A DNA stretch of 64,000 bases, taken from Nitrospiraceae bacterium. Lineage in GTDB: Bacteria > Nitrospirota > Nitrospiria > Nitrospirales > Nitrospiraceae. How positions within the stretch are numbered: the stretch's first letter is position 1; each line of letters opens with the position of its first letter. The stretch is from assembly GCA_050246315.1 (NCBI GenBank), contig JBFWWG010000004.1, positions 32,001 through 96,000 of the forward strand. Direction: 5' to 3'. The translations under genes were made by a program, and so were the position numbers. The notes under the pieces were generated by a model. It had not been told where the DNA came from. It ran no database searches and was given only the letters and a program-made list of their open reading frames with translations. Shown here piece after piece: positions 52,845 to 62,078 of this stretch.

Positions 52845-54791
52845 TTAGTGGCCACCCACTGGCTGCGGGGCTCCTCCTGGAGCCGGGGCCTTTGCCTCAA
52901 CCGGCGCAGCCTTCTTTGTCAGTGACCCGACCCAAAAGACGAAAAGAATACTGATCCAGAAGAACAACACGTTGGCGGAGATCATGTTGGCACCAAACCC
53001 GACCGTATGCGTATAGGCCCACGGGGAGTTGTCACGCATGACCTCATTGACGTGCCAGAACAACCGGACGGACGAGCGGATATAACCCATCAGTCCCATC
53101 ATCCAGGTAAACGCTGTCGCCAACATGATCAGGGCATACTGAGAGCGCGCCGAGATCTTGCCCCACTCCACAGCCCCCATCTGCTTGGCCCCCTTAAGCA
53201 TGACGAGGTTGAGCGCCCCCATCATGAACAGACAGGACAGTGTCGTTGCGACCTGAGGAACTGATAGGCCGACTCGGACGTTGGCGGGAATGTAGTAACC
53301 GTACACGGCTAGCCAGACGATGTTGAAGTAGGCGAAGAAGAAAAACACCCCCATGAAGATGTTCCCGAACTTCGACCATGACACCGTGGAAACCTTGTTC
53401 CCCCGCTGGTACCAGATGAAACTCAGAACAGTAGTCGTAATAATGACGTTAATTCCCCCGTTCTTTGCGGACATGACCCCGTAGTTTCCCAATACGGGAT
53501 GCTGCTGACCGCCCATGGCCTTCAGCTCCGCGGGAGTCATCACCATGGTATGAGGGGTAATGAAAACGGTAAATCCCACGATCAGGAGAAACACCAAGTA
53601 TTTAATGTAGCGGAAGTACTTCTCGGCACCCCTCATCCGTCCCAGCGCCTGCCAGAGATAGTAATTGGTGCTCAAGAATAGGATCCCGATCATGGTTGCC
53701 TGGATGATGAACAACCAAGCCAGAAGACCTCCCATGAGTGTAATTCCCATCTGCTGCCGGTAGGCATACACTTCTCGCATCAGCCAATATCCAGCGAACG
53801 GCAACGGAATCAAGAACGCCACGCCGATCGCCATCGCGACATAGCCCATCCAGTCATAATGCGCACGGTCCTCGTCGGTCTTCGAAGAAAGGAATCGGTA
53901 AGCAGCATACGCCGCTACTACGCCTCCACCGAATGCCATATTGCCGAGGATACGGTGCAGATTGAGCGGGTTCCACAAAGCGGTGTGCAGGACGTGCCAG
54001 ATGTTCCCCAGGAACCGACCCTGCTCGTCAACTCCGGCCGGCGACATCATGAATCCGATCCACGAGTTGGCGAGGAACATAAGCACGGTCCCGATGACGT
54101 TCAAAATGACGGACATACTGAGGTGAATCCACTTGAGGAAACCCGTCTTCATCTTGTCCCAACCGTAGTAATAGATGTAGAGGGTTCCGCTCTCCGCCAC
54201 AAACATCAACGCATAGATATGCATGACGGGACGGAAAATGCTCGAAAGGTAACCAAAAAATGAAGGATAGAGTGTAAGAAATGTAAAGATCAGAATCCCA
54301 CCCAGGATGGCGGTCAGTGAGTAGGCGGTCAAACTGATCTTGATAAAGTCATAGGCCAATTGATCATACTTCTTGGCCATCGCCTTATCTTTCGATACCA
54401 CCCCCACGAACTCGATGATCATGCAGAAGATCGGCACCGCCAGCACGAAGCTGCCGTAGTAGAGATGTTGCTGATTCGCGAACCAGATCAACACCCGACT
54501 CTCAAAGTTGTACCGAGGGTAATCTTTCTCTCCATCAGTCGTCTTGGGCGCGGGAGGACCCGACACAATGCCCTCGACCTTGTAATAAACGTCACGACCC
54601 TTCTCAACCTTTGCCTCCTCCTTCTTATCGCCATCTTTCTTCGCCGCCACCTCGGGCGGAGGACCACCCGCCGCAGGTCCACCACCTCCGGCAAGAGCAG
54701 GAATCGAAGAGATGAGTGGCAGAAGAAGGAGGCCAACCATGGCGCCCAGCGCCATGATCGACAGAATTTTTTTTCGCACTACACTGCCCAT
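52845..54791 (-). CDS. Cytochrome bd-like oxidase subunit I (CydA-like)
   Basis: QQHLYYGSFVLAVP, FVAESG.LYIYYYGWD, ANSWIGFMMSPAG, LNLHRILGN, MGYIRSSVRLFWHV; AAGGAGG RBS before ATG 54791. Confidence 0.9.
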   Translation of the reverse strand: MGSVVRKKILSIMALGAMVGLLLLPLISSIPALAGGGGPAAGGPPPEVAAKKDGDKKEEAKVEKGRDVYYKVEGIVSGPPAPKTTDGEKDYPRYNFESRVLIWFANQQHLYYGSFVLAVPIFCMIIEFVGVVSKDKAMAKKYDQLAYDFIKISLTAYSLTAILGGILIFTFLTLYPSFFGYLSSIFRPVMHIYALMFVAESGTLYIYYYGWDKMKTGFLKWIHLSMSVILNVIGTVLMFLANSWIGFMMSPAGVDEQGRFLGNIWHVLHTALWNPLNLHRILGNMAFGGGVVAAYAAYRFLSSKTDEDRAHYDWMGYVAMAIGVAFLIPLPFAGYWLMREVYAYRQQMGITLMGGLLAWLFIIQATMIGILFLSTNYYLWQALGRMRGAEKYFRYIKYLVFLLIVGFTVFITPHTMVMTPAELKAMGGQQHPVLGNYGVMSAKNGGINVIITTTVLSFIWYQRGNKVSTVSWSKFGNIFMGVFFFFAYFNIVWLAVYGYYIPANVRVGLSVPQVATTLSCLFMMGALNLVMLKGAKQMGAVEWGKISARSQYALIMLATAFTWMMGLMGYIRSSVRLFWHVNEVMRDNSPWAYTHTVGFGANMISANVLFFWISILFVFWVGSLTKKAAPVEAKAPAPGGAPQPVGGH

Positions 54792-54861
54792 GGCTAACCT
54801 CCTTGAAAAAAATCCAATGTGCACGAATCCCGGAGATCCTCTCATGACACTAATACTTAAT

Positions 54862-55065
54862 TTAGTTGCGGAAGAGGTACCAGTAATCCAACCCCTGCAT
54901 GTCCATGAGATAGTGATCCACCAATGTGAAATAGGAGAGCGCAATGAGCACGGACACCACAACGGCGAAGACCGTATTGTTCAACAGTGCTTTGGACTTG
55001 GCTCCTACGAACAGAAGCACAAACCCCGCGATCAACGTCGCAAGCCAAAAGTATGGACTTGTCAT
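54862..55065 (-). CDS. Small two-TM membrane protein (67 aa)
   Basis: AGGAGG RBS; two hydrophobic helices. Confidence 0.8.
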   Translation of the reverse strand: MTSPYFWLATLIAGFVLLFVGAKSKALLNNTVFAVVVSVLIALSYFTLVDHYLMDMQGLDYWYLFRN

Positions 55066-55156
55066 CGCCCGATCCTCCTAAAATCTGGATAATAGAAACG
55101 TAAAATGGCCATGTCGCTCGTTCACTCATCCGCCATTCGAATCGGATCAACTGGAC

Positions 55157-55279
55157 CTAACAGGGACATTGAATTCCGGCGAACCAATAAAAGAACCACA
55201 GACCTACGGCCATCGTGACATAGAAAATCATCTTCCCAAGCTTTATTTTCCACTCTGGATCTTGAGCAACTTCGGCCAT
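55157..55279 (-). CDS. Unannotated 40-aa single-TM peptide MAEVAQDPEWKIKLGKMIFYVTMAVGLWFFYWFAGIQCPC
   Basis: Translated by hand; GAGGAG RBS; first ORF downstream of a perfect sigma70 promoter. Confidence 0.75.
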   Translation of the reverse strand: MAEVAQDPEWKIKLGKMIFYVTMAVGLWFFYWFAGIQCPC

Positions 55280-55398
55280 GGTTCACATCTCCTCTTCAAG
55301 TGATGGCTAACAGCTTTTCATCCTAAGGTTTTGCCTTGACACACCACGAGGCAAGTGCTAAGGGAATCACGCGATATTCATTCGGTAAGGGGAAACAA

Positions 55399-55506
55399 AT
55401 GGGTGAAAAAAGTTCAAAATTGTTTGACATTATAGTTTTGGCCGGCATGGTTGTCAATATCATTTTGGCCGTGTTTCTCATCCTCTACTACTTTGATATT
55501 CTGTGA
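55399..55506 (+). CDS. Possible 35-aa single-TM peptide MGEKSSKLFDIIVLAGMVVNIILAVFLILYYFDIL
   Basis: AAGGGGA RBS; upstream TTGACA(55336)-N17-TAAGGG; overlaps an opposite-strand promoter and gene tail. Confidence 0.4.
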   Translation: MGEKSSKLFDIIVLAGMVVNIILAVFLILYYFDIL

Positions 55507-56412
55507 TTTTTCTACGCCTTTCCTTTCTTGATCGCCACCCCATTTTCCGTTGACGGCGCACCGAAATCCGATGGTCTCGTCCCTAAAGTCAGGGACCATT
55601 TTGTTCCGGCTCGTCAGCCTCAAGTCTCCCCCTGTCGTCGTATAACTACCCCCTCTGAGAACGCGGAACATGCCATACTCCGGGCTGGGAGGATTCTTCT
55701 CCTGCGAATCCTTGTAGGCGGTTTCCAGATACCAATCCGACACCCATTCCATCACATTGCCGGCTCCATCCATCACCCCATAGGGGCTACGATCTTCCTG
55801 AAATGATCCTGCCGGAGCCGTTACTTCAGCCCCATCCTGTATCCGAGCCCAATTGGCGCTTCCAGGTCGTTCGTCGTCCCCCCAGGGCCACAGCCGCCCG
55901 TCAGATCCACGCATGGCCTTTTCCCATTCCGCTTCGCTTGGGAGACGCTGACCTTTCCAGGCGCAATAGGCTTGTGCGTCGTCATAGGATACATAGACCA
56001 CCGGTTGGTTCGCGGAACGCATCCGCCCCATATTCTTGGCATAGCGGGAAGGCGGCCCAGCTTTTCGATGTCCGGCGGCTGCGACGAAAGCCTCGTATTG
56101 ATGGTTGGTGACTTCATATCGATCGATCGAGAAACCGTCCAGGAAGATTTCTCGCTGCGGCGCCTCATCAAAACCACCGTGATCATATCCACGAATGAAC
56201 GGGCCGGGAGGAATGTAGACCATGTCTTCCTTGATAGGTATCTCTCCCTGTCCCATGTCCTGAGAGGACCGTACTGAGGAAGAATGATCCGAGGGGCCTT
56301 CGACAGTTTCAAAAGGGGTCAAGGAAGTGCCGCGGAGAATCCCCATGATCGGAAGCCCGGCAAATACGAGAACCGCGATGAGTATCGCGACCTTGAATCT
56401 CGTTTCGAGCAT
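55414..56412 (-). CDS. Membrane-anchored FGE-sulfatase (SUMF1/NirV-like) domain protein
   Basis: IDRYEVTN, RLPSEAEWEKA, SPYGVMDGAGNVMEW, RGGSY, GFRCA. Confidence 0.9.
   Translation of the reverse strand: MLETRFKVAILIAVLVFAGLPIMGILRGTSLTPFETVEGPSDHSSSVRSSQDMGQGEIPIKEDMVYIPPGPFIRGYDHGGFDEAPQREIFLDGFSIDRYEVTNHQYEAFVAAAGHRKAGPPSRYAKNMGRMRSANQPVVYVSYDDAQAYCAWKGQRLPSEAEWEKAMRGSDGRLWPWGDDERPGSANWARIQDGAEVTAPAGSFQEDRSPYGVMDGAGNVMEWVSDWYLETAYKDSQEKNPPSPEYGMFRVLRGGSYTTTGGDLRLTSRNKMVPDFRDETIGFRCAVNGKWGGDQERKGVEKSQNIKVVEDEKHGQNDIDNHAGQNYNVKQF
55429..55457 (-). promoter_or_regulatory. Perfect-consensus sigma70 promoter driving the bd-like operon
   Basis: Minus strand TTGACA-accatgccggccaaaac-TATAAT (17-nt spacer). 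Confidence 0.85.
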
Positions 56413-56442
56413 GATTCCACCCGAAGCGAAGTCGCCTCGGCC

Positions 56443-57366
56443 TTACGACTTCTGAGAACCGGCCGCTGACTTTTCTCCATCCTGCGCGCAGCGGAATCCG
56501 ATTGAACTGTCCGTTCTCCACATTTTGGCCTGAAAGCGTTTCGCAATCCGCGCTCCATGTGCCGTCTCTCTCCAAGACCCGCCGCGAATCACCTTATGCT
56601 CCCCTTCAGCAGGTCCTTGAGGATCTCGAAAGGGAGATTTTCCGTAGTAGTGTTCGTCATAGGTATCGGCCACCCACTCGGCCACGTTGCCGGTCATGTC
56701 GTAAAGCCCGTATGGACTTCGGCCCGCCTCAAATGAACCAGGAGGCGCAAGATACTTGAAGCCATCTTCGACTCCATCCAGATTGGCGCGGTGAGACCCA
56801 AATTCATCTCCCCATGGGTACCGGCGACGCCCTTCACCGCGAGCAGCCTTCTCCCACTCCGCTTCTGTCGGGAGACGCTTCCCCGCCCATTTGCAATAGG
56901 CGGCCGCATCTGGCCAGGACATTCCGATGGCCGGCAATTCCGGCTTGGTGATCTTCGCAATATCGTCCTCAAACACCGGAATGAAAGGTTTCCCGCGTTT
57001 CGTCATCTTGACGTATTGCTCGTACTCCCTTTGGGTGATCTCTTTTTGGTCGATGTAATAGGTACTCAGGTAGATCTGATGCTCCGGCCCCTCGTCCGGG
57101 TCGCCATCCATACTACCCATTCGGAACGGGCCTTCGGGGATTTGCACCATCTCGCGCCCATCTTCGCCGACCATTGTCTTGTACATCGAATAGTCCTGCG
57201 TGGAGACGGTCGGTACGACTTGCGCCTCCTCCTTCTTGAGCTGAGCCAGCGCTTCCTCGCGCGCTTTCTTGTTGTCATACGATTGACTCATCAGACCGAT
57301 AATCATCAGAAAGAATGACCCGAAGACAAAGATAATCGATCCGATCAGGACCTTGTTATTATCCAT
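56443..57366 (-). CDS. Membrane-anchored FGE-sulfatase (SUMF1/NirV-like) domain protein
   Basis: RLPTEAEWEKAARG, SPYGLYDMTGNVAEW, RGGSW, GFRCA. Confidence 0.92.
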   Translation of the reverse strand: MDNNKVLIGSIIFVFGSFFLMIIGLMSQSYDNKKAREEALAQLKKEEAQVVPTVSTQDYSMYKTMVGEDGREMVQIPEGPFRMGSMDGDPDEGPEHQIYLSTYYIDQKEITQREYEQYVKMTKRGKPFIPVFEDDIAKITKPELPAIGMSWPDAAAYCKWAGKRLPTEAEWEKAARGEGRRRYPWGDEFGSHRANLDGVEDGFKYLAPPGSFEAGRSPYGLYDMTGNVAEWVADTYDEHYYGKSPFRDPQGPAEGEHKVIRGGSWRETAHGARIAKRFQAKMWRTDSSIGFRCAQDGEKSAAGSQKS

Positions 57367-57424
57367 CGCAATTGCCCTTCAACCGTCACGCCTTCGTACC
57401 TGGAGCAGCTCTCTCGGAAGGCAA

Positions 57425-57784
57425 TCATCCATTCGGCGCCGGCGGCTCTGTTGAGGCCGCCTCTCGCTTCCGTTCAGCCCAGGCATCCAACAACATGGAA
57501 ATCTGCACACCCAGGAAACCGCCCATCGCGGCTCCCGCACCGGCCCCGACAGACATGCGGTCCGCACCGGCAACCAGCCACGCGAGAAGCCCGCCCAGCA
57601 GGCTACCGATCAGAATGCTCACGAGAAACCGCCGCCCGCCAAGCAGCCCCACAACAGTGCCCAACGCTACGCCGAGGCCGGCAGCGACCGGGAGGGACAC
57701 GTCTCCCATGTTGAGCCCGATCAGCACCCCCACCGTTCCCATCACGGTGATGCCCAGAACCACATCGATGATCTTTCCGCTCAC
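57425..57784 (-). CDS. Gly-rich small membrane protein
   Basis: Four Gly-rich hydrophobic segments; located within the operon. Confidence 0.75.
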   Translation of the reverse strand: MSGKIIDVVLGITVMGTVGVLIGLNMGDVSLPVAAGLGVALGTVVGLLGGRRFLVSILIGSLLGGLLAWLVAGADRMSVGAGAGAAMGGFLGVQISMLLDAWAERKREAASTEPPAPNG

Positions 57785-57829
57785 CGGGGACTCGCTTATT
57801 CACATTCGGTCGGCCACAGCCGAAGCCCC

Positions 57830-58504
57830 CTATCGGGCCTTGGCCACAATCGAGCCAAAATCAATCTCCACACCAGGACCGCTCAAAATCGAAATGCCCC
57901 AGGCCTTCGAGGCGGGCTCGTGTTCGTGAATCCGCTTGAAATCCTCGTAAACATTTACGGTTTCCTCGACCCATTCGCCGATGGGCTTCATTCCCGATTG
58001 GACCACGATCTCCGCGCCGCTGAACATGCTCCCTTCGCTCAGCATACCCTCCGCCTTGGTGGCGCTCCAGATATACTTTGTGAAGACGGGGATGAAAAAG
58101 AAATCGGTATCCAAAGACACGTACAATGTGGCGATGGACTCGGCCGTCGCCGGTGCCTTAACCAACCGCCAGCGCCAGGTCAACAGGGGATAGGCCTTGG
58201 GATCCCAATCGATTTTCTTCTTCTTGATACGCTGATCGGCGTCACGGGCGGCGAGAAATCCGGCGCCCTGTTCATCGTAGACCTTATACGCGCTTCTCGC
58301 TCGCGATTCACTGCGCTGACTCTCGTTTTCCCATAAGCTGGGGAACCCGTCTGCCTCCTTGGCCTGAAACGCTTCCAGAACCAGTTGATCGGCCGCGCGA
58401 CTCTCTCCGCCGGACACCAACCAGCCGACCATCCCTCCCAACAGGACCGCACTGAACAAGAGCGCGGGCTGCGGCCAAGCACATTCTGGCTTCATGTGTA
58501 CCAT
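57830..58504 (-). CDS. DUF3047 family exported protein
   Basis: YPLLTWRWR, KYIWS, VVQSG...GEWVEETVNVYEDFK. Confidence 0.8.
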   Translation of the reverse strand: MVHMKPECAWPQPALLFSAVLLGGMVGWLVSGGESRAADQLVLEAFQAKEADGFPSLWENESQRSESRARSAYKVYDEQGAGFLAARDADQRIKKKKIDWDPKAYPLLTWRWRLVKAPATAESIATLYVSLDTDFFFIPVFTKYIWSATKAEGMLSEGSMFSGAEIVVQSGMKPIGEWVEETVNVYEDFKRIHEHEPASKAWGISILSGPGVEIDFGSIVAKAR

Positions 58505-58526
58505 GACACCTCTATTGTGAGACTCA

Positions 58527-60392
58527 CTATGTTTCCTGAGACGGAGTCGGGACCCAAGCGGGAGACTTTTCGGAGGCCGCTGTTCGGTCCACAACCGCAG
58601 CCCCCCCCTTCTCACTCAACCAAAATACGAACAGCACCGCGGCCCAGAACACGACCATGTTGAGCGTCACGAATTTTGCCGCAAACCCCAGCGAGGGCGT
58701 GAACGCCCATGGCGACACGTCCGGCATCAACTCGCTGACGTGCCAGGCCAGACGGCCTGACGAACGGATGTAGCCCATCAGACCCATAACCCACGTGAAG
58801 GCCGCGGCAATGGCAAATAGCCCGACCATACCGCGATCCGTCATGCGGCCCCATTGAACGGGTCCGTGTGTCACCGCCCCTCGCAACATCGCTCGATTGA
58901 TCAGGGCACCTCCCAGCACAACAGTCAACGTCGTCAACGCCTGTGGACCCGACAAGGCCACCCGGAGACTGGCCGGGAGATAAAATCCATAGATCGACAG
59001 CCAGGTAATGTGTCCCATTCCCAGCAGGTAGAGCACCCCGATCGCCAGATTGCCTTTTCGCACCCAAGACACGGTGATAGTCCGGTTTGCACGGCGATAG
59101 AAGATGTAGCTCAGCCCGGTCAGGCAGATCATCAGATTCACCGCGCCGTTCTTGGCCGACATGACCCCATAGTTGCCGATGACCGGATGCTGGGCCCCAC
59201 CCATCGCCTTCAGCTCACCCGGCGACATCACCACCGTATGCGGCGTCAACCACACCATCACAACGATCATCAAGCCCCACACGAGGAATTGCGTATACTG
59301 CTGATACCGCTCCCCGCCTTTCAATCGCGCAAGACTTTGCCACAGATAGTAGTTGATGCCGAGGAACAGGGCGCCGATCAAGAGCGCCTGCACAACGAAC
59401 AGCCAGGTCAGCAGTCCACCCATCATCGTGACACCCATGCTCTGACGCCAGGCATACACAGACCGCATCAGCCAATACCCGGCAAACGGCATCGGCAACA
59501 ACGCACAGACCGTCACAAACAGAAAGATATAGCCGACCCAATCGTAGTAGGCGCGCTCTTGTGGGTCTTTGGTCGTGAGGAAGCGGTACGACGCATAGGC
59601 CAAAATGACCGCCCCACCCGACATGATGTCGGCCAGGAAGCGGTGGACGTTCAGCGGATTCCACAAAGCGGAATGCAACAGATGCCAGGCATTCCCGAGA
59701 TAGCGACCCTGGGCATCCACACCAGCCGGCGACATCATGAACGCCGCCCAAGAGTTCGCCAGCAATAACAAGGCACCGCCGAACACGTTGGTGACGAGCC
59801 CGATGGTGGCATGGATCCACTTCAACCAGGCCCCGGCGAGATGTTCCCAACTGTAGTAATACACGATCAATAGCAGCGCTTCTCCGGGAAACACGATCGC
59901 GTAGGCCGGCATCAGGGATTTGAAGGTGCCGCCCATGTACTGCATGAAGTGCGGATACAACAGGATGAACAGGGCCAGCATGACGCTCCCGACCAGCGCC
60001 GTTATGGACATCGCCAGCAGCGCGACCCGCGCCAAATCTTTGGCGAGCCGATCATATCTGTCGGACAGTGCCGAATCCCTCACCATCAACCCTAAAAATT
60101 CGATCAACACGCAAAAAATCGGAAGGGCCAGGACGAAGCCGCCAAAGTAGGTGTGTTGTTGCGTGACGAACCAGACGAGTACGCGACTGTCGACCGACGC
60201 GATGGTCGGGTAGGCGATTTCTTCCGCGGCAGGCGCCGGTGGTCCACTGGGCACTCCGGGGGTCTTAAAGAACACGTCTGCGGATTCGGTCGCGGCCGCC
60301 GACGGTTGGAACTCCGCACCGGCGGATGCGACGCCAGCGGCAAGGACGCTCCACAATACGAGTGCGCAGCGGATGAGCCTCGTGCCGTTCAT
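58527..60392 (-). CDS. Second cytochrome bd-like oxidase subunit I (CydA-like)
   Basis: Paralogue of 52845-54791 (QQHTYFGGFVLALP, LNVHRFLAD, GVMSAKNG, MGYIRSSGRLAWHV); ATGA overlap with the upstream gene. Confidence 0.9.
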   Translation of the reverse strand: MNGTRLIRCALVLWSVLAAGVASAGAEFQPSAAATESADVFFKTPGVPSGPPAPAAEEIAYPTIASVDSRVLVWFVTQQHTYFGGFVLALPIFCVLIEFLGLMVRDSALSDRYDRLAKDLARVALLAMSITALVGSVMLALFILLYPHFMQYMGGTFKSLMPAYAIVFPGEALLLIVYYYSWEHLAGAWLKWIHATIGLVTNVFGGALLLLANSWAAFMMSPAGVDAQGRYLGNAWHLLHSALWNPLNVHRFLADIMSGGAVILAYASYRFLTTKDPQERAYYDWVGYIFLFVTVCALLPMPFAGYWLMRSVYAWRQSMGVTMMGGLLTWLFVVQALLIGALFLGINYYLWQSLARLKGGERYQQYTQFLVWGLMIVVMVWLTPHTVVMSPGELKAMGGAQHPVIGNYGVMSAKNGAVNLMICLTGLSYIFYRRANRTITVSWVRKGNLAIGVLYLLGMGHITWLSIYGFYLPASLRVALSGPQALTTLTVVLGGALINRAMLRGAVTHGPVQWGRMTDRGMVGLFAIAAAFTWVMGLMGYIRSSGRLAWHVSELMPDVSPWAFTPSLGFAAKFVTLNMVVFWAAVLFVFWLSEKGGAAVVDRTAASEKSPAWVPTPSQET

Positions 60393-61498
60393 CGGACCTG
60401 CTCCATGGTCACGCCATGCACGGCCTGATGATCCTCCGGAACCTCCAAAGTCTGAGGCGGCAAGACGGCGCCTCCACCCGCGCCCATCTGTTTCGACAGC
60501 AATCCCGTGACAAAGGGGCAACGCAGTACGGCGGCTGGGACCATGCCCTGCACCCTTGTCTCGAATGACCGGCGCGCGCCCAAGAAATAGGAGTACAGCC
60601 CCATGAGGCCACCGACAGACCCAGCGACCATTGCGAACTGCCAGCCGGCATGAATGGGCCATCCCAAGGCGAAGACCGACAGGCCGTAGACCGCCAGAAA
60701 GTAGGTGGCCGCAAAAGCCAACCCCGGCCACCACCAGAATCTGGCCAGTTCCAGCCAGCCAGTGCGCCGCCACTGCGCCATCCAGTCGGATGATTCGTTC
60801 AATCCGGCGAGAAAGGCGGCGAGCGAGATCGAGCCGGCTGCAAGGGTCGCGACGAGCAGATGGACGAGCGCCGCCGAGTCCTCCGAACCTGTCGAGGCCA
60901 CGGCCAGCGCCAGCAGTCCCGTCGCGGCGGCACCGACAGCCGTCCACCCCATGAGCACGGCCGGCCGCTGCCACAACATTCCTCGCAGACTCGCCCCATT
61001 GGGAAACGTGAGAAACGAACGTCCCTGCGATTCCATCCGTCGAAGGTGGCCGATCTCAAACGCGTCACGGGCGACGGCCGTATTGGGGATGATGATCGCC
61101 ATCATAGCCGGCCCCTCCGGGTGAGTCAGGAAATCATAGTGCACCGCCACCTGCAAGAGAGCCAGCACCAGCAATGACAGTTGAACCGCGTACACAAATC
61201 CGATCCATCCAAGCAGCCAGATCCAGCGGCCTGGACGTTCGGCACGGGACAAGTCGGACCAGGCCACCCGCCGCCCGGCGGCATAACAGACTCCGGCGGT
61301 CACGATCCCCAGGCTCCCGCTCGTGGCCAGCAAGGGCACCGCCTCGGATAAGGGAACAACATGCGACAAGGCTCGATAGGCCGCAAAGATGACGAGCCCT
61401 GCCACGAACATCACGATCCGCTTCCTGGAGCGGACGGCCGGTTCCGTCACAGTCAGACTGAGTTGGGGCAGAACACGAAGCGCAAGGCGATGCAACAT
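60389..61498 (-). CDS. Polytopic membrane protein of unknown function
   Basis: Multiple TM segments, HPEGPAMMAIII, C-terminal LRCPFV. Confidence 0.8.
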   Translation of the reverse strand: MLHRLALRVLPQLSLTVTEPAVRSRKRIVMFVAGLVIFAAYRALSHVVPLSEAVPLLATSGSLGIVTAGVCYAAGRRVAWSDLSRAERPGRWIWLLGWIGFVYAVQLSLLVLALLQVAVHYDFLTHPEGPAMMAIIIPNTAVARDAFEIGHLRRMESQGRSFLTFPNGASLRGMLWQRPAVLMGWTAVGAAATGLLALAVASTGSEDSAALVHLLVATLAAGSISLAAFLAGLNESSDWMAQWRRTGWLELARFWWWPGLAFAATYFLAVYGLSVFALGWPIHAGWQFAMVAGSVGGLMGLYSYFLGARRSFETRVQGMVPAAVLRCPFVTGLLSKQMGAGGGAVLPPQTLEVPEDHQAVHGVTMEQVR

Positions 61499-61510
61499 AA
61501 GGAACCCCGC

Positions 61511-62026
61511 TCAGGCTTTCTGCGCCATTCCGAAATACTTGGCCTTCACTTCTTCCATCAAGGCCACCGACACACTGGAAAGACCGCGATCGGCGGCCGT
61601 CCGCTCCAACTCAAGCCGGGCCATGGCGCGTATCGGAGCCGGCACGCGCTCGAGCCGTTGACGGGCCTCCGGATCCCAGGTCACGGCCATTCCCTGTCCG
61701 GCCTCGACGAACACATCATAGGTGACGACACGGTGCTGTGCCGCGCGCGCGTAACGCTCCACCTCCGGCTTCAACAAATCCTGTACGTAAGGTGGGCATC
61801 GATCCAGACGATGTTTCGCATCATCGCTCCAGACCAGCCGATCGATCCATCCGGACAGGTTGCCAGATGTCGGATCGGCTGGAATATCGACCCCGACCCG
61901 CAACCCGCAGCCTACGCATTCGGACCGGACGAACCAAGTCGGTTCGCTTGCCTCGCCGAGCCGCTCCTCGACTCCCTGCGTATGCATCCACCGTCCGCAT
62001 CCGCAGATCAACATGACGTCCTCCAA
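61511..62026 (-). CDS. PCP_red (protochlorophyllide reductase C-terminal-like) repeat protein with N-terminal Cys motif
   Basis: WSDDAKHRLDRCPPYV and WDPEARQRLERVPAPIR repeats; CGCG...CVGC. Confidence 0.85.
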   Translation of the reverse strand: MEDVMLICGCGRWMHTQGVEERLGEASEPTWFVRSECVGCGLRVGVDIPADPTSGNLSGWIDRLVWSDDAKHRLDRCPPYVQDLLKPEVERYARAAQHRVVTYDVFVEAGQGMAVTWDPEARQRLERVPAPIRAMARLELERTAADRGLSSVSVALMEEVKAKYFGMAQKA

Positions 62027-62078
62027 CCAACCCCTTTAATCGGCAATCGGCGTCCTCTAGCCGGTCATGCACCGGGCA

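Noticed and set aside
54857..55150. 97-aa alternative-frame ORF over the 67-aa membrane protein
   Set aside because: No RBS, whereas the 67-aa frame has AGGAGG and clear TM helices.
60393..60974. 194-aa N-terminal extension of the second CydA-like ORF
   Set aside because: It overlaps the real upstream membrane protein gene; the ATGA-coupled start at 60392 fits the paralogue.
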